The notes: generated by a model not told the origin, from the letters alone. A stretch of 64,000 nt of DNA from Euryarchaeota archaeon UBA62 (GCA_002502095.1 DAPJ01000005.1:15763-79762); one strand, 5' to 3'; numbered from the stretch's first letter, positions 52,077 to 60,872 are shown. Numbers and translations: made by a program.

Positions 52077-52948
52077 TTGATCAAGACTCCCTCCTAAAAT
52101 CAGCAGCCGATGGTAACAGGAGGGACTTGTCAAGATTGCTAACTTACCTAGAAAAGGGTATAAAGCTCAATTTTCCTGAAAATACCCCTCCAAGGAAATC
52201 ATCGGTTATGGGAATAACCGGTCCTCCAGGAGTCGGAAAATCATCTCTAATAGGGAGAATAATCAGTTATTGGAATTCTAGAAATCAGAACGTAGCTGTT
52301 CTGGCTATTGACCCCTCGTCTCCAAGGTCAGGTGGGGCACTGTTGGGGGATCGAGTAAGGATGGACTCAGCTGACTCAGGAGAGTTGGTTTACGTGAGAT
52401 CTCTTTCTACTGGGGGCCAGCCAGGTGGAATGTCATCATCGTTGATTTCAATGATTGAATTACTGTCCTACTGTGGATGGGAAAATATTGTGATAGAAAC
52501 CGTTGGATCGGGCCAGTCGGAAATTAAAATAGTTGCATTCGCAGATAAAATAATTTTAGTTGATGGCCCAGATAGAGGCGACATAATTCAAGCCGAGAAA
52601 GCAGGCATTATCGAGTTAGCAGATATTATTGTGATTAACAAATCAGACCTTCCGGGGGCTATCAAAGCTGCCGAATCAATACGTTCTTCTCTCTCATTTG
52701 CCGACGGAAAGAAATCCCCGGATGTTGTCCTCGTCTCTGCACAGATGAACGAGGGAATAGATGAAATGATGGAGTTAGTGCAAAACTGTGATTCTCCGGA
52801 TTGGAGAGAGAAGATAAAAATACAAGAAAGATTGATCTCACTGTGGGATTCTCGTCTACTATCGTCTCCCAATTTGAATCGGGTCATAAACGAATTACAA
52901 ACCGGAAGTATTTCACTTGATGATGCTCTGGACGATTTAGCTAGGTGA
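52061..52948 (+). CDS. meaB: MeaB/ArgK-type GTPase (methylmalonyl-CoA mutase-associated G-protein chaperone)
   Basis: P-loop GITGPPGVGKSSLIGRI. NKSD (NKxD) motif in VINKSDL. Overlaps the preceding B12-domain gene by 16 nt. Confidence 0.85.
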   Translation: MALELIDQDSLLKSAADGNRRDLSRLLTYLEKGIKLNFPENTPPRKSSVMGITGPPGVGKSSLIGRIISYWNSRNQNVAVLAIDPSSPRSGGALLGDRVRMDSADSGELVYVRSLSTGGQPGGMSSSLISMIELLSYCGWENIVIETVGSGQSEIKIVAFADKIILVDGPDRGDIIQAEKAGIIELADIIVINKSDLPGAIKAAESIRSSLSFADGKKSPDVVLVSAQMNEGIDEMMELVQNCDSPDWREKIKIQERLISLWDSRLLSSPNLNRVINELQTGSISLDDALDDLAR

Positions 52949-52952
52949 ATGA

Positions 52953-53597
52953 ATGGACGACCCCCTCAAGCCATTTGATACAGATCATGTCAAGCACTCC
53001 ATTGGGGGATTCACAGGACACGCACTCAGAAGGGCCACTCATATGGTAATGGCATTGATCCCACTCATATACTATGCAAGAGGAGTTGAAATTTCGGATT
53101 ATTTTGGGATGAATCCAGATCAATTAGTTAGTACCATAATTATCACTCTCATAATTATAGAAGCCCTGAGAATAAAGATGGGAATTGTGGTAATAGGTCA
53201 ACGTGAATACGAGGCTAAACAGATTTCTGCACTTGCGTGGGGTGGGTTTGCAGTTGCACTAGCCCTGTTGATTGCTCCAGACAATGGAAAGACCGGCCTT
53301 GAATCTGGACTCTACGGCATTCCATTGATATTTGGTCTGACCTTTGTCGATCCTATAATGGGTGAGATAAAGAGAAAGAAGCAGGATCTAAAATTAGCAA
53401 TTTGGGCAGGAATGTTAACCTCATATGCCGTTTGGATAGGGTGTTACTTCTGGCTTGGAACGCCATTAGTTATCTCACTACTTCTGGCCCCACTAACGGT
53501 TTTAGGAGAAGTACCTTCGCTGAAGTATATTGACGACAATGCGACGATGGTCCTCATACCTCTGGCGGCACTAATGATTTTACTTCCCATAATTTGA
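52953..53597 (+). CDS. Polytopic membrane protein, possibly of the CTP-dependent kinase / cytidylyltransferase type (dolichol kinase/CarS-like)
   Basis: 214 aa with about 6 TM helices. FVDPIMGEIKRKK loop weakly resembles the Dx4GxxKR-type motif of that superfamily. Low-confidence assignment. Confidence 0.3.
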   Translation: MDDPLKPFDTDHVKHSIGGFTGHALRRATHMVMALIPLIYYARGVEISDYFGMNPDQLVSTIIITLIIIEALRIKMGIVVIGQREYEAKQISALAWGGFAVALALLIAPDNGKTGLESGLYGIPLIFGLTFVDPIMGEIKRKKQDLKLAIWAGMLTSYAVWIGCYFWLGTPLVISLLLAPLTVLGEVPSLKYIDDNATMVLIPLAALMILLPII

Positions 53598-53709
53598 ATC
53601 ATGTCCAGATGGGTATATTTACATTCAAAACTATCCTGGGATATTCATGGCCGAGCCAGATGAAGATGAATTGAAGCAGTCTACCTATCTAATGGTCTGG
53701 GCAGTTGCC

Positions 53710-54021
53710 TCACTTGCATCTCTGGCCATATTCATCATTTATTTCTGAGTGCTTGAATCCCTCCTCTTCGAGCATTCGGAGTTTTCCCTCTGCCCCTCCT
53801 AGGCCAGAGTAACCACCGACTCTTCCATCCGAACGAATCACTCTATGGCATGGAACAAAGGGAGCATACGGATTTGCTGCACATGCATTGGCAACTGCTC
53901 TCGATGAGCCAGGTTTCCCAATAGCATCAGCAATCTGCTTGTACGTCCTAGTTTCTCCAAGGGGGATAGAAAGCAACTCCCTCCATACTAGTTTCTGGAA
54001 GGAAGTTCCATTCATTTTCAC
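53710..54021 (-). CDS. ogt: Methylated-DNA-protein-cysteine methyltransferase (Ogt/MGMT), a stand-alone C-terminal catalytic domain
   Basis: Active-site PCHRVIRSDGRVGGYSGLGG with the catalytic Cys. Only 103 aa, so it lacks the usual N-terminal domain. Confidence 0.85.
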   Translation of the reverse strand: MKMNGTSFQKLVWRELLSIPLGETRTYKQIADAIGKPGSSRAVANACAANPYAPFVPCHRVIRSDGRVGGYSGLGGAEGKLRMLEEEGFKHSEINDEYGQRCK

Positions 54022-54305
54022 GGCTCTTCCTCTTCCAATCCGGATGGACGATATCCCTCATCCATTCCCACTATCTCGTAATTTGAGGGAAAAAGGGCTA
54101 TTGCCACACCTCCGATCATACACCCAAGGCCAAGTAAGAACTGCCCAGTTATCATCATTTCAAGAGCTATGGCAACTAAGATTAAACCTCCGATATTGGA
54201 TACCCAAACCAAGTTTTTGAATGTCGATAATGATACTCCTGTGGTCCTCTCTGTCCTCTTGGGACCAAATTCTGCACCGAATCTAATTGGGTCTTCATCA
54301 CTCAA
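54018..54305 (-). CDS. Small two-TM membrane protein
   Basis: 95 aa. Hydrophobic segments LILVAIALEMMITGQFLLGLGCMIGGVAIALF. The 4-nt ATGA overlap with ogt suggests co-translation. Confidence 0.45.
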   Translation of the reverse strand: MSDEDPIRFGAEFGPKRTERTTGVSLSTFKNLVWVSNIGGLILVAIALEMMITGQFLLGLGCMIGGVAIALFPSNYEIVGMDEGYRPSGLEEEEP

Positions 54306-54309
54306 AATA

Positions 54310-54642
54310 TCACCTGTCTATCATTAGTATTGCATCTGTTGGGCAAGCAAGAACGCATAACTGGCACCCAGTACAAGGGTCTCTCAGAATCTTCGCTTTC
54401 CTGTTTACCTCGATATTTAGGATGGGACTGGCAAGCGGAGTATCATACAGCTCTATGGCATCATCATCACAAACAATCGTACATTGATCGCACCCGATGC
54501 ACTGCTCTTCCTTGACCCACGCGACAGCATCTTCTCCTCCCTTCAATTTAGCCTGATCTTCAGACCTTCTAGCATCTAGAAGAATCTTAATTCTCCGTTG
54601 CTCAGATTTTCTCCGTGCTATCAGATCTTTGATGTCCGTCAC
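54310..54642 (-). CDS. 2x[4Fe-4S] ferredoxin
   Basis: Two cluster motifs: CIGCDQCTIVCDDDAI and CTGCQLCVLACPTDAI. Confidence 0.85.
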   Translation of the reverse strand: MTDIKDLIARRKSEQRRIKILLDARRSEDQAKLKGGEDAVAWVKEEQCIGCDQCTIVCDDDAIELYDTPLASPILNIEVNRKAKILRDPCTGCQLCVLACPTDAILMIDR

Positions 54643-54721
54643 AAAAAACCCTCCATGCTCCTTCTTCTCAATGCTACGGTCTAAACATCACTAATTTAAC
54701 CATGTTTCGTTAGCAAGTAAC

Positions 54722-54985
54722 ATGGAAGCCTATGAGGGACCCTGGATATACGATCCTATGTGTTGGATTGGCTTGACACAGGGCATATTGATTTGGGTGT
54801 TGATGACAATGTATATTTCTCCTCAGATAGCATGGATTTCATTTGCTTGTGGAGGACTAATTGGCTTCTTCATTTGGCTTACTGCACTCGGCTATCGCCG
54901 AATACAAGTTGCGAAATTCACTTTGTATGGCATAGCAATAAATGCATTATTGGCTGTATTTTCAGGTTGGTTAGCTTTCGGTTAG
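54722..54985 (+). CDS. Possible small membrane protein (uncertain)
   Basis: 87-aa ORF with 2-3 hydrophobic helices. It lies in a 346-nt gap between minus-strand genes. It could instead be a non-coding leader or intergenic region. Confidence 0.3.
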   Translation: MEAYEGPWIYDPMCWIGLTQGILIWVLMTMYISPQIAWISFACGGLIGFFIWLTALGYRRIQVAKFTLYGIAINALLAVFSGWLAFG

Positions 54986-54988
54986 AGC

Positions 54989-57772
54989 TCACTGACTCTT
55001 CCCTGCCTCAACCTGCCTGGCTAGGAAGCTAACGACATCCAATATTTCGAAGTCATGTCTTGGGTCCCCTTCGAACTTTAGGCACTCGAAATGGGAGACA
55101 CACTTTGGACAGGATGTCAGCATGATGTCAGCCCCAGTTGCGTTTACCTCTTCGAATCTCTGGACTCTCAAAGCTCTACTATTCTCATTACAGCTCATCA
55201 TACTGGAAACACCACAGCAAAGTGCATCTTCGCCATGATGCTCCATCTCTACTAGGTTAACTCCTTCTACGTTGGATATGAGGTCCCTTGGCTGGTCATA
55301 GATATTCATCTGCCTCCCTAGTCTGCATGGGTCATGGAAAGTGACCGTAACATCGTCATCCGATTGTAGATTCATGTCAAAACCATTCTCTACCAGGAAT
55401 TCAGTGGTATGCATCACCTTCATGTCCTCCAACTCATAGTCCAGGGCGAATGTTCTGAAGCACTCGGCGCAAGATGTCACTAGGGTGTCAATCCCACTCT
55501 CTCCTAGTTTCTTCTGATTGTACGCCTTGAGCTTCTCAAAGACTTCTGTCATTCCTTGCCATTTCTGATCATGGCCACAGCACTTCAAGAAATCCCTACC
55601 AAGGTAAGTGACATCTTCACCCATCTCTTCGAATAGCGTGAATGCGGAAGTTGTAGCATCTCCTAGATTCATGGAACCTTCGTTGACGTGACTGAAAATC
55701 ATTTCTTGATCCAGGTAGTCGACACATCCTGGGTAGTATCCGATGTTCGAATCAATTGGATACTCATCAATCGACATGAAGTATCCGTCAGCATCCTCCT
55801 CTGCTTCAGCAGCTAGGACCGCCTGTAATACAGTATGAGGAATTTCAGTAGCAGGAGGGCCGCCGACTATCATATTCCTCCTGATGTCAACATATGAATC
55901 ATAATCCACTAGTTGGGGACAGGCATTGGTACAAGCAGAGCACGTCAGACATGAATACAAAGGAACCCCGTCGTCCTCATTGTTCCAAGTATTGTAGATG
56001 ATGTTCAGCTTATCTCCAGAGTTGAATAGCCTCACTGGACAAGCGTCATCACAAAGATCGCAGCCGTAGCACTTGTTCATCTCGTATTCGTATCCTCTCG
56101 CCATGCTCCTCATGAGCATGAATACCAAAGCACCGACTCCCAGACAAGGTATGAATAACGAATATATCAATTTCGCATCAAGACTCTTCGGATTCTTGTG
56201 ATACGTTGGATTCTTCAAGTACATTGCCGACATGGTCTCTAGATCCAGAGTCGACTCTGACCTGACTAGTGAAGTGCCATCATCATTCAACAGTAGGGGC
56301 TGGTATGCTACCACAGACAAGCTCGTGATTACCTCTACAGACTCGTTGATTCCTTGCGATGTGGTCATGTAAGAAACACTGTAAGTATTCCCCGCATCTA
56401 GGTATATGGTTTCCGAAACACACCCTTCCGTACTCCAAATTTCATCTCCTGACGAGTCACTTAGAACCAAACTCTGAGAATGGACACCTGCTCCTCTGAC
56501 TGTAGTCCTGAATAGACATCCAATATCCGCTGGAACTTCGGAAACTCCCAGGTCTTCTACTTCGAATGTCATACTTACTTCGTATGTAATCTCAGATCCA
56601 TCTGCAGTCCCGGGGAAAGATGTTTCATCCTCGGCCGAATTTCTACCTGTGGCACTGTCGGCATGTCCATTATCACCTGCAAAGTCAATTATCTTGAATT
56701 TCGTAGGTTGGAAAATACCCCAATTAGACCAATGCGTCGCGGCAATGACACACCAATCAGAGGGATCTTCTTCTGATGACAATCCATTCCATGCAGCCAG
56801 TGTTGAGCTTTCCTCATAAGGTATGCATTCGTCTTCCCAGTCAGCCCAAACATTCCCTTCCTCTACGTGTACAAGGGTGTCAGAAGGCTGTGCCCTGAGG
56901 GAATCCAAGTCTTCGACATCGTCCATGGCACCGAGCCCACCATAGTCCCAGAAACCATTCTCATACACAGGCCATGTGACAACAGATATGAGTACAGCGG
57001 CAATTAGAGATCCTACAGCAACCTGACGACCAATCCTTGGGGTAACTCTGGAACCTACTGAGCTAAGCAGGAATTTCCTGGTAGGGAAATATATGACTGC
57101 GAATAAGAAAATTCCAGTAAGTATCCACGGAACCGCATTGAAAACCTCAGCAGTCCAGGGGGCTTGTCTTCCACACATTAGTTCAGAATGAGAACCAGTA
57201 AAGCAATAGTCACTACGATCTTTGGCATACAAGTCTAGGAATATATTGATCGAGAAAACCGATATGAACCAGACATGGGCTAAATAAACAGCTCCCGCAG
57301 TTGCAAACCATGGATCTTCAACCCCTCTCTTTTCTCTACCGGGTAGGAAGGGGGGAAGTGCGAGAATACCAACAGGAAGTCCTGTAATTGCGGCTCCCCA
57401 CCAAGCAGCGTTCCAATCGATAACAGGAGTTCCGAAGAACTCTCCGATAGGGCCTGCTGGAATCACAAATTGAGGAAGATACTCGCCCCATCTTAGGTAT
57501 CCGTATGAAAACAGAACGTACCAATCGGGGAATACGAAACCAGCTTGCGCGAATGGATCAGCCGCACTATGCAGTGGGGGAGGTATCAGCCAAGAGTAGA
57601 ATGCTATGGTCATGACAATCGAGGCAAAAATTATCGTATCTCGAAGTACTTCAGTAGGCCAGAAAGGATGTCCAGTAAACGTCCTCCTCCTCTCGGTATC
57701 AGCTTCCAAAAGCTTGTTTCTCTCGCTGATGTATGTATCAGCAATTCTACCAAATCTATCCATCATCCCCAT
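54989..57772 (-). CDS. Fusion protein: cytochrome b6f subunit IV (PetD)-like quinol-site domain, large acidic ectodomain, one TM, and a cytoplasmic HdrD/GlpC-like module (2x[4Fe-4S] plus 2 CCG domains)
   Basis: N-terminus YGEPAWP-like HPFWPTEVLRDTIIFASIVMTIAFYSWLIPPPLHSAADPFAQAGFVFPDWYVLF has the PEWY-equivalent PDWY. C-terminal CYGCDLCDDACP and CLTCSACTNACP ferredoxin motifs. Two CCG motifs LKCCGHDQ...DPCRLG and ALCCGVSS. Confidence 0.8.
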   Translation of the reverse strand: MGMMDRFGRIADTYISERNKLLEADTERRRTFTGHPFWPTEVLRDTIIFASIVMTIAFYSWLIPPPLHSAADPFAQAGFVFPDWYVLFSYGYLRWGEYLPQFVIPAGPIGEFFGTPVIDWNAAWWGAAITGLPVGILALPPFLPGREKRGVEDPWFATAGAVYLAHVWFISVFSINIFLDLYAKDRSDYCFTGSHSELMCGRQAPWTAEVFNAVPWILTGIFLFAVIYFPTRKFLLSSVGSRVTPRIGRQVAVGSLIAAVLISVVTWPVYENGFWDYGGLGAMDDVEDLDSLRAQPSDTLVHVEEGNVWADWEDECIPYEESSTLAAWNGLSSEEDPSDWCVIAATHWSNWGIFQPTKFKIIDFAGDNGHADSATGRNSAEDETSFPGTADGSEITYEVSMTFEVEDLGVSEVPADIGCLFRTTVRGAGVHSQSLVLSDSSGDEIWSTEGCVSETIYLDAGNTYSVSYMTTSQGINESVEVITSLSVVAYQPLLLNDDGTSLVRSESTLDLETMSAMYLKNPTYHKNPKSLDAKLIYSLFIPCLGVGALVFMLMRSMARGYEYEMNKCYGCDLCDDACPVRLFNSGDKLNIIYNTWNNEDDGVPLYSCLTCSACTNACPQLVDYDSYVDIRRNMIVGGPPATEIPHTVLQAVLAAEAEEDADGYFMSIDEYPIDSNIGYYPGCVDYLDQEMIFSHVNEGSMNLGDATTSAFTLFEEMGEDVTYLGRDFLKCCGHDQKWQGMTEVFEKLKAYNQKKLGESGIDTLVTSCAECFRTFALDYELEDMKVMHTTEFLVENGFDMNLQSDDDVTVTFHDPCRLGRQMNIYDQPRDLISNVEGVNLVEMEHHGEDALCCGVSSMMSCNENSRALRVQRFEEVNATGADIMLTSCPKCVSHFECLKFEGDPRHDFEILDVVSFLARQVEAGKSQ

Positions 57773-57782
57773 TTATCACACC

Positions 57783-58649
57783 TCAATGTGGCTCCGCTAT
57801 ACCTTGTGCCCAAACAATGAACAAATGTGCAAGAATGAGCGAAGTAACTACTACTGGAAGTATGAAGACATGAAGGAAGTACATTCTGGTAACCGTCTGT
57901 CCTGAGATTGTAGTACCGGCGAACATAGCGGTTGCAACCCAACCTCCAATCAGAGGGGTACTATTTGCCATGTTGATTCCAATAGTTGCAGCACCGAATG
58001 CTAGGCTATCCCATGGGAGGAGGTATCCTGAATAGCCAAAGAAAATTGTGAAGAACATCAGTGCGACTCCAATCAACCAGTTTAATTCCCTAGGATTCCT
58101 GTAAGCACCGGTGAAGTAGACCCTACACATGTGCAGGAATACAGCAGCGACCATGAAGTGCGTAGTCCAGTGATGTATGGATCTGATGATGTATCCGAAA
58201 GGAAGTTGTGTCATTATGAATTCCATGCTACTATACGCAGGAGTTGGATCTCCCTCTCCACCCGGTACGTAGTATAGTCCTAGAACAGTACCTGTCAGAA
58301 CTAGGATTACGAATGCCAAGAAGGAAATCCCACCTAGGCAGTATAGGGGATACCAATACCAAATTATTCTGAGCTTGTATTTCTCAGCATGAGTCATGGG
58401 CATTTGCCTGTGCATGCCGTAGTACGCATCCCTGCTCATCCCCCAGTAGTCCTGAATTCTGAATCTTGTATCTAGCCACGAGAATGCCCACAGGAATGAC
58501 TTTTCTGCTAGACCCATGCTACTAGCACTAGTCTCGACCGCTCGCAGTATTTCTTTCCTCGGCATCTCCTCTCTTTCTTTCCTCAGTGTTAGAGCTACTA
58601 TTACTACAACTAAGGTTATGAAGACCCATAGAAACCAGAATTGAATCAT
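57783..58649 (-). CDS. petB: Cytochrome b6-type cytochrome b (N-terminal 4-helix haem domain)
   Basis: SIHHWTTHFMVAAVFLHMCRVYFTGAYR...PRELNWLIGV...GYLLPWD. Haem His pairs spaced 14 (helix B) and 15 (helix D) as in b6. Confidence 0.85.
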   Translation of the reverse strand: MIQFWFLWVFITLVVVIVALTLRKEREEMPRKEILRAVETSASSMGLAEKSFLWAFSWLDTRFRIQDYWGMSRDAYYGMHRQMPMTHAEKYKLRIIWYWYPLYCLGGISFLAFVILVLTGTVLGLYYVPGGEGDPTPAYSSMEFIMTQLPFGYIIRSIHHWTTHFMVAAVFLHMCRVYFTGAYRNPRELNWLIGVALMFFTIFFGYSGYLLPWDSLAFGAATIGINMANSTPLIGGWVATAMFAGTTISGQTVTRMYFLHVFILPVVVTSLILAHLFIVWAQGIAEPH

Positions 58650-58658
58650 TTTCTCACC

Positions 58659-59513
58659 TCAGTCGCAATATGTGTACCAGTCTTTGAAATCAGGCAGAGC
58701 CTCTATCAAATCTCCGTTAAGAACGAATGGAATCAATGGCATCCCCATTGGTGCCGGACCTCCGGCCCTCTTAATCCCAATGAAATCAAATTCAGCACCA
58801 CTTGATCTATTTCTGGCCCTATTCTTCTCTATGACAGTAGGGTCGAACCTAGACGAGTGACAGATACAGAACAGCTTACTTCCCCCAGAGTCAGTTCCAC
58901 TTGGAACCCACTGGTCTTCGGTAAATTCGTTAGTAACCAGTTGCCACCCCGGGATGCAACAAAGGTGCGTACACCTTGAAAATATTAGTATCAGGTTGTC
59001 ATGTATGGAAAGAGACTGATATTGGGGATCTTCATCTAGCTCGTATCCAGAGCCAACATATGAGCCATCTGCCGTGTATCCATCCATAAATTGAAATCGA
59101 GGCTTATCCTCAATGAGGGCACTACCCTTATTCTCTTCATGAGGTACATACACTGCATTTACTGGCATTCCCGACCATACTCCCTGGGCTGCTGACATCC
59201 CCGTGGCGGAACTGGCGGCCGCATCGACGAACGATTGGTATGTCATGGGCTCCAAGTGCCTATCTCCGTACCATACACTATCCTCTGCCCCCGTCGGTAC
59301 CCAGTATCTCACAGCAGTGTCTCCTCCATCTGCTTCTGCCTGCCCCATTAGTAAGGATGCGAACCCAACACTCCCAATGCTGGCAACGGTAATGGCACCA
59401 GCGGCGGTATTGAACGAGTGCCTCATGAACTCGCGCCTGTCTATCAGGTGCCCCTCTCCGGACGAATCCTCCGAGCTTGAAGAACTATCTCTGAGCGTGA
59501 ATTTTCTTGCCAT
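58659..59513 (-). CDS. petA: Rieske [2Fe-2S] iron-sulfur protein with a twin-arginine (Tat) signal
   Basis: Tat motif DRREFMRHSFNTAAGA. Rieske box I CTHLCCIPGW and box II LFCICHSSRFD. Confidence 0.85.
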   Translation of the reverse strand: MARKFTLRDSSSSSEDSSGEGHLIDRREFMRHSFNTAAGAITVASIGSVGFASLLMGQAEADGGDTAVRYWVPTGAEDSVWYGDRHLEPMTYQSFVDAAASSATGMSAAQGVWSGMPVNAVYVPHEENKGSALIEDKPRFQFMDGYTADGSYVGSGYELDEDPQYQSLSIHDNLILIFSRCTHLCCIPGWQLVTNEFTEDQWVPSGTDSGGSKLFCICHSSRFDPTVIEKNRARNRSSGAEFDFIGIKRAGGPAPMGMPLIPFVLNGDLIEALPDFKDWYTYCD

Positions 59514-59515
59514 AC

Positions 59516-59965
59516 TTACACCTCATATTTCTTCCATGATTCAGGATCTTTCGTAGTGATATACTTGTTTCTCCTGCTCTTCACGATTACTATGTCAGGC
59601 ATTACATACTTCATGTATATCATTCCCAGTATTATTACAGTAAGCAATAACATCCCTAAGAAGAAAGACAACATCTGTTGATCCCATTTATTGTAAAGCC
59701 CATATGAAAGTGAACCAGCCCAGTAAAGTGACCAAACTATTCCCCAAAGGCCTACTAAAATTATTAGCCATGAATCTCCAGAAGGAGAGACGCTGGCTCT
59801 AACAATAGACCCTGCAGGGGCCTCATTGAAAACCCCGTGTTCAATCGCAGTCTCATAAGCCTCCTCTGTGAGAGATATTCCATCAAGGGCCTCCCTGGCG
59901 TCTTCCACGCTCACCTCTCCCGATGCTACCTGCCTGAGCATCTTCATTACTACGTCATCCCTCAT
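59516..59965 (-). CDS. Small membrane protein: about 60-aa soluble N-terminus plus 2 TM, co-transcribed with the Rieske/cyt b genes
   Basis: 149 aa. Hydrophobic helices WLIILVGLWGIVWSLYWAG and FFLGMLLLTVIILGMIYM. 2-nt gap to the Rieske gene. Confidence 0.5.
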   Translation of the reverse strand: MRDDVVMKMLRQVASGEVSVEDAREALDGISLTEEAYETAIEHGVFNEAPAGSIVRASVSPSGDSWLIILVGLWGIVWSLYWAGSLSYGLYNKWDQQMLSFFLGMLLLTVIILGMIYMKYVMPDIVIVKSRRNKYITTKDPESWKKYEV

Positions 59966-60783
59966 TACTGATCACCCCTTCTCTGGTGCTTAATCCTCAG
60001 TCTCAGAAGATTACTCCTGCCCTCATAATGTCTTGAGAATCCATACCTCAACATCAATCCACAAAAGATAATCACGATAACAACAGCGGCGAAGCCGAGC
60101 AGCCCTAGCCAATGCGCCCTCATACCAGCTCCCATGTGGTGTAGGTCCACCCCTTCTTCCACAGGTGCCGGTGGCTCTATGTCACCATTTCCTACGAATA
60201 CAGTCCTCGTCCCTCCAAATTCACCTTCATCTATAGACGCACTTAGCCTGTTCCACCTGTCCAGTTGCGAGGGAATCCCGTCTCCATTAACCGAGTTCCC
60301 AGCCAACCAAATCGTAACAACACCAGTACCTTCTTCTGGAGCAGTCCATGTGATATGCCAAGTTCTGTCAGAAACCTTCGATCCAGAATTGCTGTGAGTG
60401 AGTGTAGAAAGATCGTCTTCCCAGTTGTACATCAAGGACTCAAATCCAGCCGAGGCGGTGAGGGTACCTTCGCTAACCCTCATGGAAAATCCACCGGTAT
60501 GGGAAGTCGTATCTGCCACAGGACCCCCAATGATTTGAATTGACATTTCATAGGAATCTCCTGGTTGGTAACGATGGGGGACATCGGTCAATATTAGAGT
60601 GACAGAATTATCCGGCTCCTCGGCGTGACATGTGCATCCTGCAAGCGCCACATCTCCCTCATTATTCGCATCGCCACCTATGCCTGTGGGATTGGCCTGT
60701 GACCCACCAGCCGTCAGCACAGCGACAATAGTGATAGCCAGTACCTTCCTTACGGTGAGCACACTCGACGCCATCCACAACAC
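59965..60783 (-). CDS. Secreted, C-terminally anchored protein encoded by the first gene of the Rieske/cyt b operon (putative redox partner, unknown cofactor)
   Basis: Signal peptide VRKVLAITIVAVLTAGGSQA. About 200-aa ectodomain with GCTCH and a His/Met-rich HHMGAGMRAHW segment. TM WLGLLGFAAVVIVIIFCGLML plus basic tail. Confidence 0.5.
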   Translation of the reverse strand: MLWMASSVLTVRKVLAITIVAVLTAGGSQANPTGIGGDANNEGDVALAGCTCHAEEPDNSVTLILTDVPHRYQPGDSYEMSIQIIGGPVADTTSHTGGFSMRVSEGTLTASAGFESLMYNWEDDLSTLTHSNSGSKVSDRTWHITWTAPEEGTGVVTIWLAGNSVNGDGIPSQLDRWNRLSASIDEGEFGGTRTVFVGNGDIEPPAPVEEGVDLHHMGAGMRAHWLGLLGFAAVVIVIIFCGLMLRYGFSRHYEGRSNLLRLRIKHQRRGDQ

Positions 60784-60872
60784 CTTGGTGTAGTGGCCAC
60801 CAGAAAGGGGGCTATTAACGTTGCATTACCCCACTGTCAGTATGCCACACTAAACAGGCCATTTCTGATAGC

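Noticed and set aside
59965-60783. Possible c-type haem site in the anchored ectoprotein (GCTCH)
   Set aside because: The motif is CxCH, not the canonical CxxCH, so I did not call it a cytochrome c.
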